NCBI GenBank assembly: GCA_965645245.1
Contig: OZ287081.1
Span: 930,001-994,000, forward strand
Source: Massalongia carnosa
Lineage: Eukaryota
Direction of reading: 5' to 3'
DNA: 64,000 nt
Of this stretch, positions 22,583 through 35,368 are shown piece after piece. Made by a program: the position numbers and the translations under genes. Under the pieces are notes generated by a model, which was not told the DNA's origin, did no database searches, and was given only the letters and a program-made list of their open reading frames with translations. Numbering within the stretch: position 1 is the stretch's first letter; every line of letters begins with the position of its first letter.

Positions 22583-23536
22583 TGTCAGGGTCCTGAGGTC
22601 ACCTGACATCAGACTAGCATCGATTAGGTAATGTGCCGAGGAACCGACTTTTCAGGGGTTATATAGAACTCCGCCCGAGTAAGCTTTTAGACTTCGTCTG
22701 AAGATTTTGGTGTAGAACTAGGCTATTGAAATTGAACTCGTTTTAACCCTCACATATGCTAAGCAGTTTCTAATAGAAAATCTACTTGAAAGCAAGATAT
22801 GCGCTGCTCGCATATTTGACATTCCTCGTACCACTTTACAAAGTTCACTTGCTCAAAACAGCGCGTCGAATGAAGTCGAGAAGAGAGGAGGACATAATAA
22901 GATATTGGAGAAGCATCAGATCAAAGCAATACATGAGTTCATTCGCTCGTTACTTACATATGGTGTTCAACCGACGCATGAACTGATATTCAACGCGATC
23001 AAGAGTCTGAAGCGAAGTCAGAATGCTGATTATAAAGGTCCTACTAAGCGATGGTTTAGAACATGGTGGAAATCCAACCATTTGCATAAGATTAAGACTA
23101 AACCGCTAGCAGTCGTTCGCTATACGGCGGGACAAGTGAAGGACGTTGAAGCATGGTTCGCTGATTATCGGGTTGTTCTTCGAGAGCTGAATATCAAGAA
23201 TAAACGTAATATCATCAATTTTGATGAGGCTGCTTTTCGAGTTGGCTACATGAAGGGACATGAAATTTTGGTTCCAACAGATGTAAAGGAGCATTATTCT
23301 AGGGTACGGATAGAAGCACACCCCTTTGGTTACCCACACACCCCCCTCGGTTACCCACACACACCCAGTGGTTACCCACACACCCAACCCTAAAGTAGCT
23401 TAAGTTTGAAAAGTTTCTTCGGCCACTTTCCCTTATCGGGTGACCATCTTTCCTAACTAGGGAATTTTGATCCTGCATCTTCATTCTGCGTTTTCCCTGC
23501 ATTGATACCCCGCATTACTGACGCCACGTCGTCATC

Positions 23537-25608
23537 ATGAGTCTTCGTCCTCCAGAAGATGGACAATCCTTCGAATCACTGGATGACCTTGTTATTCGTG
23601 TTAATGAGCATGCCGCCCCACAAGGATATGCCATCGTGTTAAGCCGGACCAAGAAATCGAAACTCGGAATAAGAAGAAAGGCCTGGTTGATTTGTGATCG
23701 AGGAGGAAAGCCCCGAGGTCCTCAGGGACAGGAAAGACGTCATACCAGCAGTAGATGCATAGAATGTCCGTTTCTTCTGACTGCCAAGCGAATGGAAGAA
23801 GATGGAGGTGCCTGGATTCTGGAGGTGGTAAATGAGGAACATAATCATTCGTCCAGTCTCGCTGGCGCCCATCCGGTTCATAGAAGAATGGCGATGACAG
23901 CAGAAGTGAAAAGTGAGATATCTCGTCAATTAACAGTGCAAGTAGCACCTTCCAAAGTTTTATCTAGTCTTCGCATTCCTGATCCCACTTTGGGATCAGT
24001 CAACACGGACGATCCGGCCGATCCTCAGATTATTAATCCTCTTTTCAACCTCGAGATATCTATAATCACAAAGCTCAGATGCGTCGCCACATTCTGGGAC
24101 CGCTTACCCCCGTGCAGGCATTGATTCAAGAGTTGGATCGAGGGCATTGGACATACCACATGCAGAAAGATGAGCTGAATCGCATCACTCATCTCTTCTT
24201 CGTCAGAGAAAGCTCCCAAACTCTTCTGAAGACAAACTATGAGGTGTTGGTAATGGACTGCACCTACAAGACAAATCGATATCGCATGCCTCTTCTTATT
24301 GTAAGTGGTCAGACCAGTCTGCATACAAATTTCTATGTGGCTTTCTGTTTCATGGCATCAGAAACCACCGCCGATTACACGTGGGTATTGTCTCATCTGA
24401 AGGCATTGTATTTGCAACTCGAACTTCCTGATCCAGTCGTTATCGTCACTGATATGGAACGTGCTTTGATGTCCGCTATTGATCAGACTTTTCCGAACAC
24501 TAATCATCTTCTTTGCATTTGGCACATCAACAACAACATCGTAGCCAGTTGTAAGAAAAGCTTTGATACCAAAGAAGCATGGGATGCCTTCTTTGCTGAA
24601 TGGAAATCCATCGTATACGCCACTACCGAACCGGAATTCTGGCAACTATGGGGGCGGTTTTGTGGTACGATTCCTGGAAATTGCGTGGAGTATATCACCT
24701 CAACTTATTTGTCTTTTCGGCATCATTTCGTCAAATGCTACACTGACAAGATGTTGCATTTTGATACCACGACGACATCTCGAGGTGAAGGCGGTCATGC
24801 AGTTTTGAAACGTCAGCTGGGATCATCGACCGGAGATCTGAAGACGGTGGTGGATGGCATCAACTTACTATTGATCAATGAACTTCACAACTATCTTATT
24901 ACATTCAACGAAGCCAGAGACCGACTTCCCATGGATCTTCGAAAACCAGTGTTTCAGCGATTAACCGGATTCGTCACCCCTCATGCCCTACGAAAGATGC
25001 TTCTTCAGTACAATCTTGTGGTCGGACGACCCATAGTATTGGGGCCTTGCATCCATGCTTACACCATCACAACTGGACTTCCATGTAGTCATAAAATCCA
25101 GGAAAGGTTGTATGAGGAAGGAAGTCTGTTGATTGAAGACGTTCATCCACATTGGAGGTAGGTTATTGGATACATTCAGAGTTTCCCTGCGATTACTAAC
25201 TATTGTAGGTTTCAGAGAACCATGCCTGCCAATACGAGGAATGACTTACTATTGGTGCAAGAACCGGAGATGGCAAGAACTCGAGGACGTCCTCAAGGAG
25301 CTGAGAATCTCAACAGAAGGACCATAGCATTTGAGGCCTCTACCAATCGAGTACCTTCTCAATTCGAACGTGTCGAGATGGAGACAGCTGGGATAAACGA
25401 GATAGTCGATCCAGAGGTGGAACGTGTTATACAAAGAGCCGATCCAGCACCCGGAAAACGAGGAAGGCCACGAGGTCGACCCCGAGGTGTAGGAAAAGGG
25501 GCGGGACAAGGTGGAAGAAAGAAACAACCGAAATCAGCTGGCATGGGGGGACAATCAGAATTAGCTGGCACAGGGGGACAATCAGAATTAGCTGGCACGG
25601 GGGGATAA
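23537..25608 (+). pseudogene. MULE transposase, frameshift near 24047, intron 25158-25208
   Basis: FAR1-like N-terminus, MDCTYKTNRY, VTDMERAL, CIWH, GLPCSH, AT-hook RGRPRGRPRG; intron GTAGGT...TACTAAC...TAG restores frame into 25222 ORF. Confidence 0.88.
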
Positions 25609-25657
25609 TCAGAATTAGCTGGCACGGGGGGATAATCAGAATCAGCTGGCACGGGAT
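25531..25657. repeat. 27-bp tandem repeat (~4.5 copies) at MULE transposase C-terminus
   Basis: Unit AATCAGAATTAGCTGGCACGGGGGGA(C/T), encoding QSELAGTGG. Confidence 0.88.
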
Positions 25658-27555
25658 ACAGGCCACAGGCGGAGTAGCTAGGCTGCAGAAAGACTGGTCT
25701 AATCAAATCGTGGTCTGATTGACGAAGATGGTCTCAATCGACTCCGTTTGAAAAAGTTGGGTCAGAGCTGGCAAGGGGTGTACAGCTAGGCACGTGCCAG
25801 GTGATTAAGTAAAATATTAGGTTGTGGGGAAAAGTTTAACGGCTTAACCTAGTTAGGAAAGGTGGTCAGCCAATAAGGGAAAGTGGCCGAAGAAACTTTT
25901 CAAACTTAAGCTACTTTAGGGTAGGGTGTGTGGGTAACCACCGGGGGTGTGTGGGTAACCAAGGGGGGTGTGTGGGTAACCGAGGGGGGTGTGTGGGTAA
26001 CCAAAGGGGTGTGCTTCTATCCGTACCCTTATTCTATTAGTCCTGAGAATAGAAAATCTATCACCATTTTCGAGAACATAAACGCCGCCGGTGATTATCC
26101 GCCACCTCCTTTACTTGTCATACAAGGTCATGATATGATGAGCAATTGGTTTGCAGACGAACTGCCTAAAGGAACTCGAATTGTTTCGTCAGAAAATAGA
26201 TTCACATCGGATAAAATAGCGATTGCATATCTGCAACATTACATTGAAAATTCTGATGTAGGATCTGAGAGTGATTGGAAGTTAATGCTCATGGATAATC
26301 ACGGTAGTCATGTTACTCCTGAATTCATCAAGCTTGCCAATGAAAACCGGATTCGTCCTTATCCTTTGATACCACACTTGACGCATTGTATGCAACCGCT
26401 TGATGTAGGAGTGTTTCAACCTTATATACATTGGCATGATGTGGCCATTCAAGATGCGATTGCGGAGTTCAATGTAGAGTATACAATAACTCGATTTTGT
26501 CAAGATCTCACCAAAATACGAGATACATATTCAAGAAATCCACTATTCAATCTGCCTTTGAAAAATCTGGAATGTGGCCTATTAATGAGAAGAAATGCAC
26601 TGAACAGCTAAAGAAGTTTGTACCTTCGCAAAGTGAGAATAATTCTTCTTCTTTTCCAACATCATCTCTCCCAACATTGCCACGAGTTCAACCTAAAACG
26701 TTTGATGATGTTGAAAGAGGATTACTTGAATGGCTACCCAAAATTCGCGATAATACACAATGGAGTGATCCAGTCCGGGAACAGGAGTTAGAGGAATTCG
26801 TGAGTAATACGAAGGAAGTTGTTGCCAAATCGACGCTTACGAAATTCGAACTGTCACTTCATCATGAACGAAGAAGCAATGAATTACTACAGAGAGCAAC
26901 TTCTCGCAAGCGATTAAGACCTAATTACTCGACAGACGGAGGATTAGGACTCACGAAGGAGGATGCGCAACGAGCAATTGTTGAAAGACAGCAAAAAGAT
27001 GAGCAGATAGAAAAGTAACGAGAGCACAACAACTTCATGAGAATATGGCGAATGAAAAGAGATAGTGTACACGCGGAAGGTGTTATCGCTCGAAAGAATG
27101 AAAAGATCAGAATAAAACATATTAAAGACCTCGCAAAACAGGGAGTTAGCATATCCGATGAAATGTTGACTCCAATTGATGATCCTGAGGCCATTTGGAA
27201 GGCGAGCGACATTACTTGGCAGACGGAAGAGACCAAAAAAAAGACGAAGAAAGGAGTAAAAGATACTCATATATTCAATGATGAAGAGGAAGAGACAGAG
27301 ACTACCTTTATCATGGATACTGTAGGTGATCAAAATCTACGATTTATAGGTGAAGGTGATTCTATTCGTCAACAAAAAGAACTTCGTTGCCTTTGAAATG
27401 GAAGAGGAAGTAGGCGACGATGTCGACGACAGCGACGAGGATGATGTTCAGGAGCAGTTGGGTTATTATTAGTATAACTACTATTATAACACTTTTCATG
27501 CTTGATCTTTGTAGAAAAAATTTGATTGATTTTTTGCGTGTAAAAGTTGAAAAGA

Positions 27556-27592
27556 CGAACTTTGCTTTCCGCCGAACTTTGCTTTCCCCGAC
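27556..27592. repeat. Putative right TIR of pogo C with internal direct repeat
   Basis: CGAACTTTGCTTTCC twice at 17-bp spacing, then CCGAC|TA; partner TIR not seen. Confidence 0.65.
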
Positions 27593-27788
27593 TAGAGGCG
27601 AACGCCTCGAGTCGGCACGAGGTAAACGAGAGACTAGCCGACGATTAGTCTGTCAACACTTCAGTCCAGTGCCTTCATCTGGAGCAGGGACATATCGAGT
27701 TTTGCATCATTCAGATCGTACAACTATGCATCGTATCTAAACATTCGTTCCTGTTGATCATTGCACTCGTCCATCCTAGACCGTGTCG

Positions 27789-28723
27789 CTATGTCACAAT
27801 GCCTGGTTCTGCTTGGGCCCCTGGTCCACCCTTCCCCTTGGTGCTCACTGAATACTCCGCGAAAAACTCAGGGTCCGCCTCTAGCTCCTCCTTCACAATA
27901 TCAAGTCCTCCAACCAGTTCGCCGCTCCGATAAAGTTGTGGAAAGGTGGGCCAGTTTCTGAGTCCTATATTAGCATTCAAGTCACAACTCTATTTCTCGC
28001 TAGCACTTACGAGAAGACCTTTAAGCCTTGTCTAACCTCTTCATCCGCAAGTATATTGAAGAACCCATACCGAACCCCCTTCTCCCTTAAGAGCCCCACA
28101 AGAGTCCTACTAAACCCACATTGTGGGGAGCTGGGGGTTCCTTTCATGAACAACATCACGGGCGCAGCCTTTACAAGCTCCGCTAAACGTTTGTGAAGTT
28201 CCTTGGGGTGGTCTTCGGTCGCAGATAACTCTTGTGCAGCGGTAGGATCGTTGCTATTTGGAACATAGCCATTTGAATTCTTCGTAACTTGGCTTTTGGT
28301 CACTTCCTTGGTCACACCGTTGTCCCTAGGTGTCGCCTCCAGGGCTGGAGGTAGACTTGGTTTGCTCTTGTTTCCTTCGCTTCCTGCGTGTCGCTCAACT
28401 GCGTCTCTTATGACTGAGGCATCGCTTCCGCTAACACTCTCGAGCACTTTCCCGTCGCGCTGAAGGACAAGGAAAGGTACGGCGGTGACGTCGTACGATT
28501 CGGAGATTTGGTGAAGGGATTCAGCGTCAAGAGTGACAAAGGAGACAACAGGGGGGGATTGCATAGGGTATGAGGATGCAAGGGTGCGAAGGATTAGGGC
28601 CATTTGAGCGCATGGCGCTGCCCAGGGGGTGTGGAACGATATCACGAGCAACGTAGAGGGTGAAAGGGAGGAAACATGCTGATCGAAAGTCGAGGCATCG
28701 GTGATTTCGGTAATGGTGGTCAT
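27789..28723 (-). CDS. GRX4: Monothiol glutaredoxin Grx3/4 type (Trx + CGFS Grx), exons 28723-28011 and 27957-27789, ~293 aa
   Basis: WAAPC Trx-like domain, [33 protein letters not shown] after splicing the GTAAGT...GCTAAT...CAG intron. Confidence 0.95.
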
Positions 28724-29063
28724 TACGGACGAGTGTGTATCAAGTGGTCAAGAATAACACAAGTGTTGAATAGGACTTCGGCTTTCCAGAAGGTCCGGAT
28801 GTCGTGACTGAACTAAAATTAGATTCCGCATCGATGACTTCTTCTGGAGGGAAAAGTTAACATATCGCGTTGATCAACGATTTATATGAACGTATTGTTG
28901 ATAAACGGTTAACAAGTACTCCGTACATAACCCCAACCTTCATGGAGTGCTAAATCTCAAACGCGCACAGTTGTAACAGCAATAGGGGACACCGGTGACT
29001 AATTTACGTATAGTTTGAGAGGCTTTCATATCAAGTCTCTTGCGAGTCGAGTTCACGTCGAAA

Positions 29064-32000
29064 ATGACGGAGATGCAGAGATATCTGCTCCTCATAGACA
29101 CGGATGAGGTCGGTGCTGTTGAAATTGCCGAACAAACTGCGCGGAGTATATTTGCGCGACAGCCAGCACCAGAGAAACCAAACTTACAAGCCTACAGATC
29201 TCGAATCCAACCAAACCAATCTCATCGGCGTCATTCAATCCTTGGGTGAATATATCAACCGTGAAGATGTCAAAATCCGCTCCAAGGCCGTTCAGTATCT
29301 TTCCGAGATCATTGGGGCACTATCCCCTGGATTCCTGTCAAGACAGCAGCTACAAGTACTCTGCCGATTTCTTTGCGATCGTATGGAAGATGGAGGTGCT
29401 ATTGGCGGTCTCAAGAAGTTGCAAAGGATGGAGAGGTTCAACAAGGAGATGGCGGTAATGACGTTCAGAGCGTGAGTAAGTGGAGAAACGTGGTTTCCTA
29501 CAACCCATAACCTGGGTGTTGCCGCAATATTTCTTTAGGCCAAGGGATCTCATGTTCTTGATATAGAACTGCGGAAGGGTTCTTATCTTGTACTTTTTGC
29601 TATTTACATCTAACTGAACTTTAGGATTGTCGAGCATTTTCGAGATCTAGGGAGCAGGGCCCAACCACAGAGGTTTCAGGTTATAGATTTGCTGAACGCC
29701 TCGATGTTACACAATCGACCTGCTCTAAAGGAGATAGGAGACGAGTCTATTGAAGGAATAACGGACGTCGTGAGCGGAGAGAAAGACCCACGAAATCTCA
29801 TGATCGTCTTCTCCATGCTCAGAGTCCTCATAGTGGAATGGGACATATCCAGCCATGTTGAAGTAATACACTGATTCCGCGCCTTTCTAGACGTCGCTGA
29901 CGCTGTGCAGAGACTGTTTGACTCAATATTTTGCTATTTCCCGATCACATTCCGCCCCCCGCCCAATGACCCGTATGGCGTAACGACGCAAGACCTTAAG
30001 GCTCGTCTCAGGGACTGTATTGCGGCATCGGGGGAGTTCGCCCCTTTTGCTTTTCCACAGTTAATCGACAAGCTTGACTCTACCTCTGCTAACGTGAAGG
30101 TCGGCGATTGCTCTGTGTTTAATACTGCACTGCTAACATTCCCCTCTAGAAAGATGTATTGCAAACGATTACCTTGTGCGCTTCGTCTTATAACATTGAT
30201 CAATTATCAAACTTCTCTGTTATGCTTTGGGACTCGCTGAAATACGAGATCCTGAATGTGCAGGAAGAAGACCTTGCCGAGGAAGCACTAATAGCGTTGC
30301 AAGCTATTGCCACCAAATTGGGTCAAAATCTGACCAAATCAGGTCCGACGACACCGCTAGCCTGTTATTTGCGTCCTATACTGAAGGAGTGTAACTCTCA
30401 GCTCCAAGAGCCTCAGCACAAGCAGGCTAAGCCTGCTGGCCAGATTTTAAGCTCACTTGCTCGAGCAAGTCCAATGGTAACAGACATGGTGGTCAAAGCA
30501 GTTATGCCACCACTTTTGACTTTGTATGAAGCATCTGAGAGTGTTGCAAACCGAAGAGCTCTTCTTGAGGTCCTAGTACAACTATTGGACTCTGTAATTG
30601 CTATATATGGCTACGATAGCATATCATCAGCCTCAACAGAAATTTCAAACCCACTCAAGCTGTTCAAAGATCAAATTTTCGAGCTTGGCATCCAAGCCTT
30701 ATTATCTATCTCGCCTGAAGAAACATCTTTCCGGGTCTTGGTAGTAAGGAACTTGCAACGTCTATGCTTATTGCGCAACTATCTACAGGAAAACGAGATT
30801 GGGCTGATTGTTCAGTACCTTGATGACTTAATTCTCTCGAATGAGTTAAGTAGTTCAGATCATTTAAAGAACGAGGCGATCCAAGCTTTGGTTGACGTTT
30901 CTAAAATCAAGCCTAATCTGATTTTGGATATATCATTTCCTGCATTTCTGGCCATGCTCCCTGACTCCAGCTCTGTCGACATGAAAGAGTATGTGGCTGT
31001 CTTAGAATGTTTAGCACGGTTAAGTGTACATCACGCCCTCTCGGAAACATTGATTCAGAGACTTCTTAGCAAGTTGGATTTGATTCTGCAAACAGACGGA
31101 TCGACTATAGATCCAAAAGCGATTCTATCTACTTTGCACTATACACTGAGTCAACGATCTCTCACTGCAGATCCAAATTTACATATGTATTATAAGAAGA
31201 TCGTGATCGATTTAATAAGTCGTGTGGCCTCGGCTTCAATGGGTCAAATGGCCATGACTGCCCTTAATGAAGCATCGACTTTGGAGGTACTTGGACGGCT
31301 AGCCAGCTTGATAGTTCGCGCGTTGGATACGGAGACAAAAAGGTCTGTTGGTCTACAAATTTACTCCTTGTTCATAGACGAAGGCCTTTCCCTCCCTGTA
31401 GCTATGGAGCAGAAGTCCCCGGAAGTGCAGAAATTGACCATGCTTCTCTCCACTTGGCTAATGGCTGCTGTAGACCGCGGAGTATGTTTTCCAATTGGAG
31501 CATCCTGAGCCTGACCCCATACTGACAAATCTTATTAGACCCCCTTACCTTCCATGAGTTCCGGTAATGCCCACTTACCATTTTTGCTGGAGAGACTGGT
31601 TGAGCTCGCTGTCGTTGAAGACGTGCCGGCAATACGAAATTCTTTACTGAGGCAGATTGGTCTTGTCACGAACAAATTTCTATCATTTGAAGAAATACGC
31701 TTCGCAATCGATATTTTATGGAATCAGACACGGAAGCTGTCAGAGGCAAAAGCCCTTATTGAAAACTCTGTACGCGTCATCTTTTGGATATCAAAGGGGT
31801 TGATTCTACGACTGAGTGAGACTGAGGAAGTACTCGAGTGCCTCCTAAACCTCCTACGAAATGCTAATCACGGACTCTCTTCCGCTCGGGGCTTCGGACT
31901 AGTGCTTGCTCCTGATGAGGTGCTGTCCAAAGAAAATGGCGCAACGATAAGATTACTGGCAAAACAGAAGGTCTTCACCTTTTGCATCCCCAAGATTGCA

Positions 32001-32589
32001 GAAGAATTCCCGCATGTAGAAAGCTCGATGAAGCCAAACTACCTGATCGCTCTTTCGGGAATAATCAAGTACATGCCTATAGAAATCATCATGACCAAGA
32101 TCGAGACTCTTCTCCCCCTGCTACTGCAAACTCTAGATTTGAAGGATCAAGAGGTCAAGGCCGCGACCATAGAGAGCATAATCATCATCAGCCAAAAGAG
32201 CCCCGAAGCAATCGATGGACACGCAGCGAGCCTAATCAACCGCCTTCTCAAGAGCTCTGAAACCCTCAACGGGAACACACCGGTAAGCTTGCAACAACCA
32301 TCATTTCCCCTTCCCCCAACCCCCCCTCCCTTTTTACCTCCATGAAGAAACAAGAAAATAAACTCTACCCACCTAACTCAACCCAACCCAACAGAAAGTC
32401 CGACTCCACGCCCTCCGCTGTCTGCGCGCCTTCCCCGGAAACCTCAAGGACGCCGCCATAGTCCCTTACAGATACCGAGTCACGCGCAGTCTGTGGGACG
32501 TCCTCGACGACCCGAAGAGAGAGGTCAGGAAAGAGGCGGTCGAGTGCCGGATGAAATGGCTGAATCTCGACGAGCCGGTTGAGGACTGA
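29064..32589 (+). CDS. MMS19: MMS19/MET18 cytosolic Fe-S assembly targeting protein; 7 exons (29064-29145, 29198-29471, 29625-29862, 29911-30099, 30150-31481, 31539-32282, 32395-32589)
   Basis: GEKDPRNL, CYFPITFRPPPNDPYG, KQKVF, LDDPKREVRKEAV motifs; six GT-AG introns that preserve frame. Confidence 0.93.
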
Positions 32590-32926
32590 GTAGCTTTTTT
32601 TCCGAGGGGTGTTTTATTGCAAGTATTGTTAAAGGCTCGAGAATTTTATTTCCCCTCACTTCTGCATTCTGGTGTTATGTTGGTATTGTTTGTTATTTAT
32701 GGATTTGCTCGTTCGAGATGATAGTTGTTTACGACGAAAGTTTATTAGCACCACTAAATCACAAGAAGTCTTTTTCCGGATATGATAGGTATGTGTCTTG
32801 CATGAACGAGATGCGTTAGGGAGGGGTTTGGTATGTCATCTGTTTGTACTCAGCATCCTTGACTTCAAGTATTCCCCCCCTTCCCCATTTATTCCCGTTT
32901 GGTGGTGGTCAAAAAGTGCTCGACAG

Positions 32927-34687
32927 CTATTTTGATCTTGACAGTACGTATAATATGTAAAAAAACAACAAAAAATTAAAAAACGACAGTAGATAAAAAG
33001 GCGTCACGGGAGAGACTTGGTCAAACGTAGCACCGCCAACCTTCGTTAGCAATAGGATCCCAGCTCCCCCTGATAATGAGTATATCCCGGCTATGGAACC
33101 TTTTAAATGGATGTAGGTTGTGCGCTTGACTGTTTCTCTTTGACTTGTGTCTTGTGTCTCGTCGTTATCGTTATCGTTATCATCCATCAATGGACGGCGT
33201 GCAAGCAGAGCATCGGATGATGTAGCCCGGTCTTCACCAGATGGGACAAACTCAACAACCGGTGATCCGTCCGTAGGACTCCGACATTCCAAGAGGCCGG
33301 TAAAGTCTGGGTCTGGATCCAGCACGAAACGCCCCACTAGACCTAGACTGCAAACTATTGAGCCGATCTGGCTGATACCTAGCATCGCAACTATGGGGTA
33401 TATCCAGGGGTTTCCATCTTTCCCGCTGAGTTGTGGACTGTTCTGAAAAGCTAGTGCCAGATAACCGAGAATCCCGAGCAAGGCTGCAGCAAGAAGTGGG
33501 ACGTTGAACCGCTGATAGTTAGCTGCCAAGTATCCAAAGACCGGGGCAAAAATAAGCGCCACTAGCTGAGAAACTCCGGTAAGCTTAGCGGCAAGTATGT
33601 AAGCCTCTCGACAATGCTCTTTGAGAAATGGTACGTCATGACTAGAGGTGTTGCAGGTGCCAGATTTTATGAAGTAATAGTTGACGTATAATGGGATAAA
33701 AAGTGATATGCCGACGGAGGAGGTGCGCGCCACAAATCCGCCTAGATATGCCAGACCTAAGTCAGGATAGATATAGCCAAGCTTAATAGACTGAAACAAT
33801 AGCTTCAGCGGTAAGAACCTCAACGTAGATTCTAGGCTGGGGTTTGCATCATCGTTCTTTTTAGGCTGGGTAAAATTAGGCCATCCTTTGCGATTCTCGC
33901 CTTGCAGGTCTCGTAGACCAAAGAAACAGAGAGCTGAGACAGCCAAGGACATAAAGCCAATGACGTAGTAGCTTCTGGTCAGGGCATCTTTAGGTTCAAC
34001 GCCCAGATTTTGAAAAATGGCCGGCAAAGGAAGGAACAAAGCCACGGCTAAAAGCGCGCCGCATCCGGTAAACAGCCCCACAAGCCCTGCCATGAGAGTT
34101 GTGGACGACTTGGCGAGTGACTTGCTTGAAGAAGACTCCGCCCGGCCTGTTTGGGGATCTGGTGGATTTGTGGTATTTATGGGCGCCGACGAAAGCAAAG
34201 GGGAAACCCTATCTACATCTGTAAAATCGGAAGCTTTGGTCATTAAGGGAAGGATGGCGGTGACCATTGTCGAAGTTGCCGAGCCTCCGACGCTGAAAAA
34301 AATCCTGGCTAGAAGTAATTCAGGGTATACATTTCTGGCTTGGACGATGAGCAACAACGCCAGACCGATTACTGTATAGCCTAAAGCACAAACCTGTACT
34401 CCGTCTTAGCAAACTCTCGAGTGTGAGAAGGCGATCATGGCCGACAAACGCACCGTTCTTACTCCAATCCTGTCCGACAGGACCCCCCACAGGGGGCAAG
34501 CTATCAACGCAATTGATTCATCCGCAAACCCCAGTGTGCCAACAGCGTCGCCAACTCCCTTTTTCTTCCGAATCAAGTCCGTAACAACAAAGGATATGGA
34601 AGAGTTTAGAAATACCAAGAATGATATTGAGAAGAAACATACTCCGATGAGGTACGTCGCTGCCTGCAGCCGTGTGACAGTAAACAT
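32927..34687 (-). CDS. MFS-type membrane transporter, exons 34687-34454 and 34393-32927, ~566 aa
   Basis: Multiple hydrophobic segments; WGVLSDRIGVR MFS motif A; GTGCGT...CAG intron in phase 0. Substrate unknown. Confidence 0.88.
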
Positions 34688-35368
34688 ATCTACAAGATTG
34701 GACAATGACTAGACTAAATCCGACAACTTCACACATAACAAAACTTAAGCGTAGACTATAGAACTCAACAGATAGGTATATCATCTAGATGGCAAATAGT
34801 AGCGATGTACGCAAGCAAACTCCTCAACGATATCTTAGATATTCAGGTAACTTAGTTATAAGTTGTAATCATAAATAAAATATTAAAAGTCACAGTTGTG
34901 ATATTACGAGAAATTCCTAAAACCATGCTATCATCGGGAATAAAACGTTTTGAAGTTTTGATTACGGGTACAGAGGAAAAAATGCAAAGTCTTGATTTGC
35001 GCTAACGCAATACATATGCATACATAGTATATATAACTGATGACGCTCTACATTTAAGTGTTATATCATCTATGAAAAGCTAGAGCATAAATACGATATT
35101 GGATTGAGTCTAATCAAGACTTTACGTGTTTTCCTCTGTAATCAGCCGAACACTGGTCACGCGTAAAAAACACTAATGCGGATCTTTAACCATTAGTTAA
35201 AATACAACTAATGAATTACTTACAGGAAGGTTAACGTGTTATCTATATTGATCTTCATACAAATTGACATGACACGCAGCTTCTTGTATGCTGTCGCATT
35301 GCTGAAAACATAAATCATAGAGAATAATCACTAAAAGGATACAGCCGTATAATTTTCAATTGAGCAGA

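Larger units (their letters stand above)
16705..22754 (+). mobile_element. Full-length Ty3/gypsy chromovirus E3 (6050 bp)
   Basis: LTRs 16705-16877 (173 bp) and 22583-22754 (172 bp; one A indel); TSD TATGC (16700-16704, 22755-22759); PPT AGAGGAGGGG 22570-22579. Confidence 0.97.
23302..26028 (+). mobile_element. Mutator-like (MULE) DNA transposon, 2727 bp
   Basis: TIRs 23302-23461 and 25848-26028 (GGGTACGGATAGAAGC...); 8-bp TSD TTATTCTA (23294-23301, 26029-26036). Confidence 0.93.
16667..27592 (+). mobile_element. pogo/Fot1-like DNA transposon C (left TIR missing), split by E3 and the MULE
   Basis: Joining 16667-16704, 22760-23301 and 26037 onward gives MNCNNTVTRLNYAKQ...AARIFDIPRTTL...FDEAAF...MDNHGSH...QPLDVG; frameshift ~26525, TAA at 27016; putative right TIR 27556-27592 followed by TA. 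Confidence 0.88.

Noticed and set aside
23328..23392. Interstitial telomere
   Set aside because: Units are part of matched MULE TIRs and are not TTAGGG arrays.
25928..26611. 227-aa ORF with a repetitive WVT.GG N-terminus (and 22905-23393 C-terminus)
   Set aside because: Chimeric read-through between MULE TIRs and the pogo C transposase.
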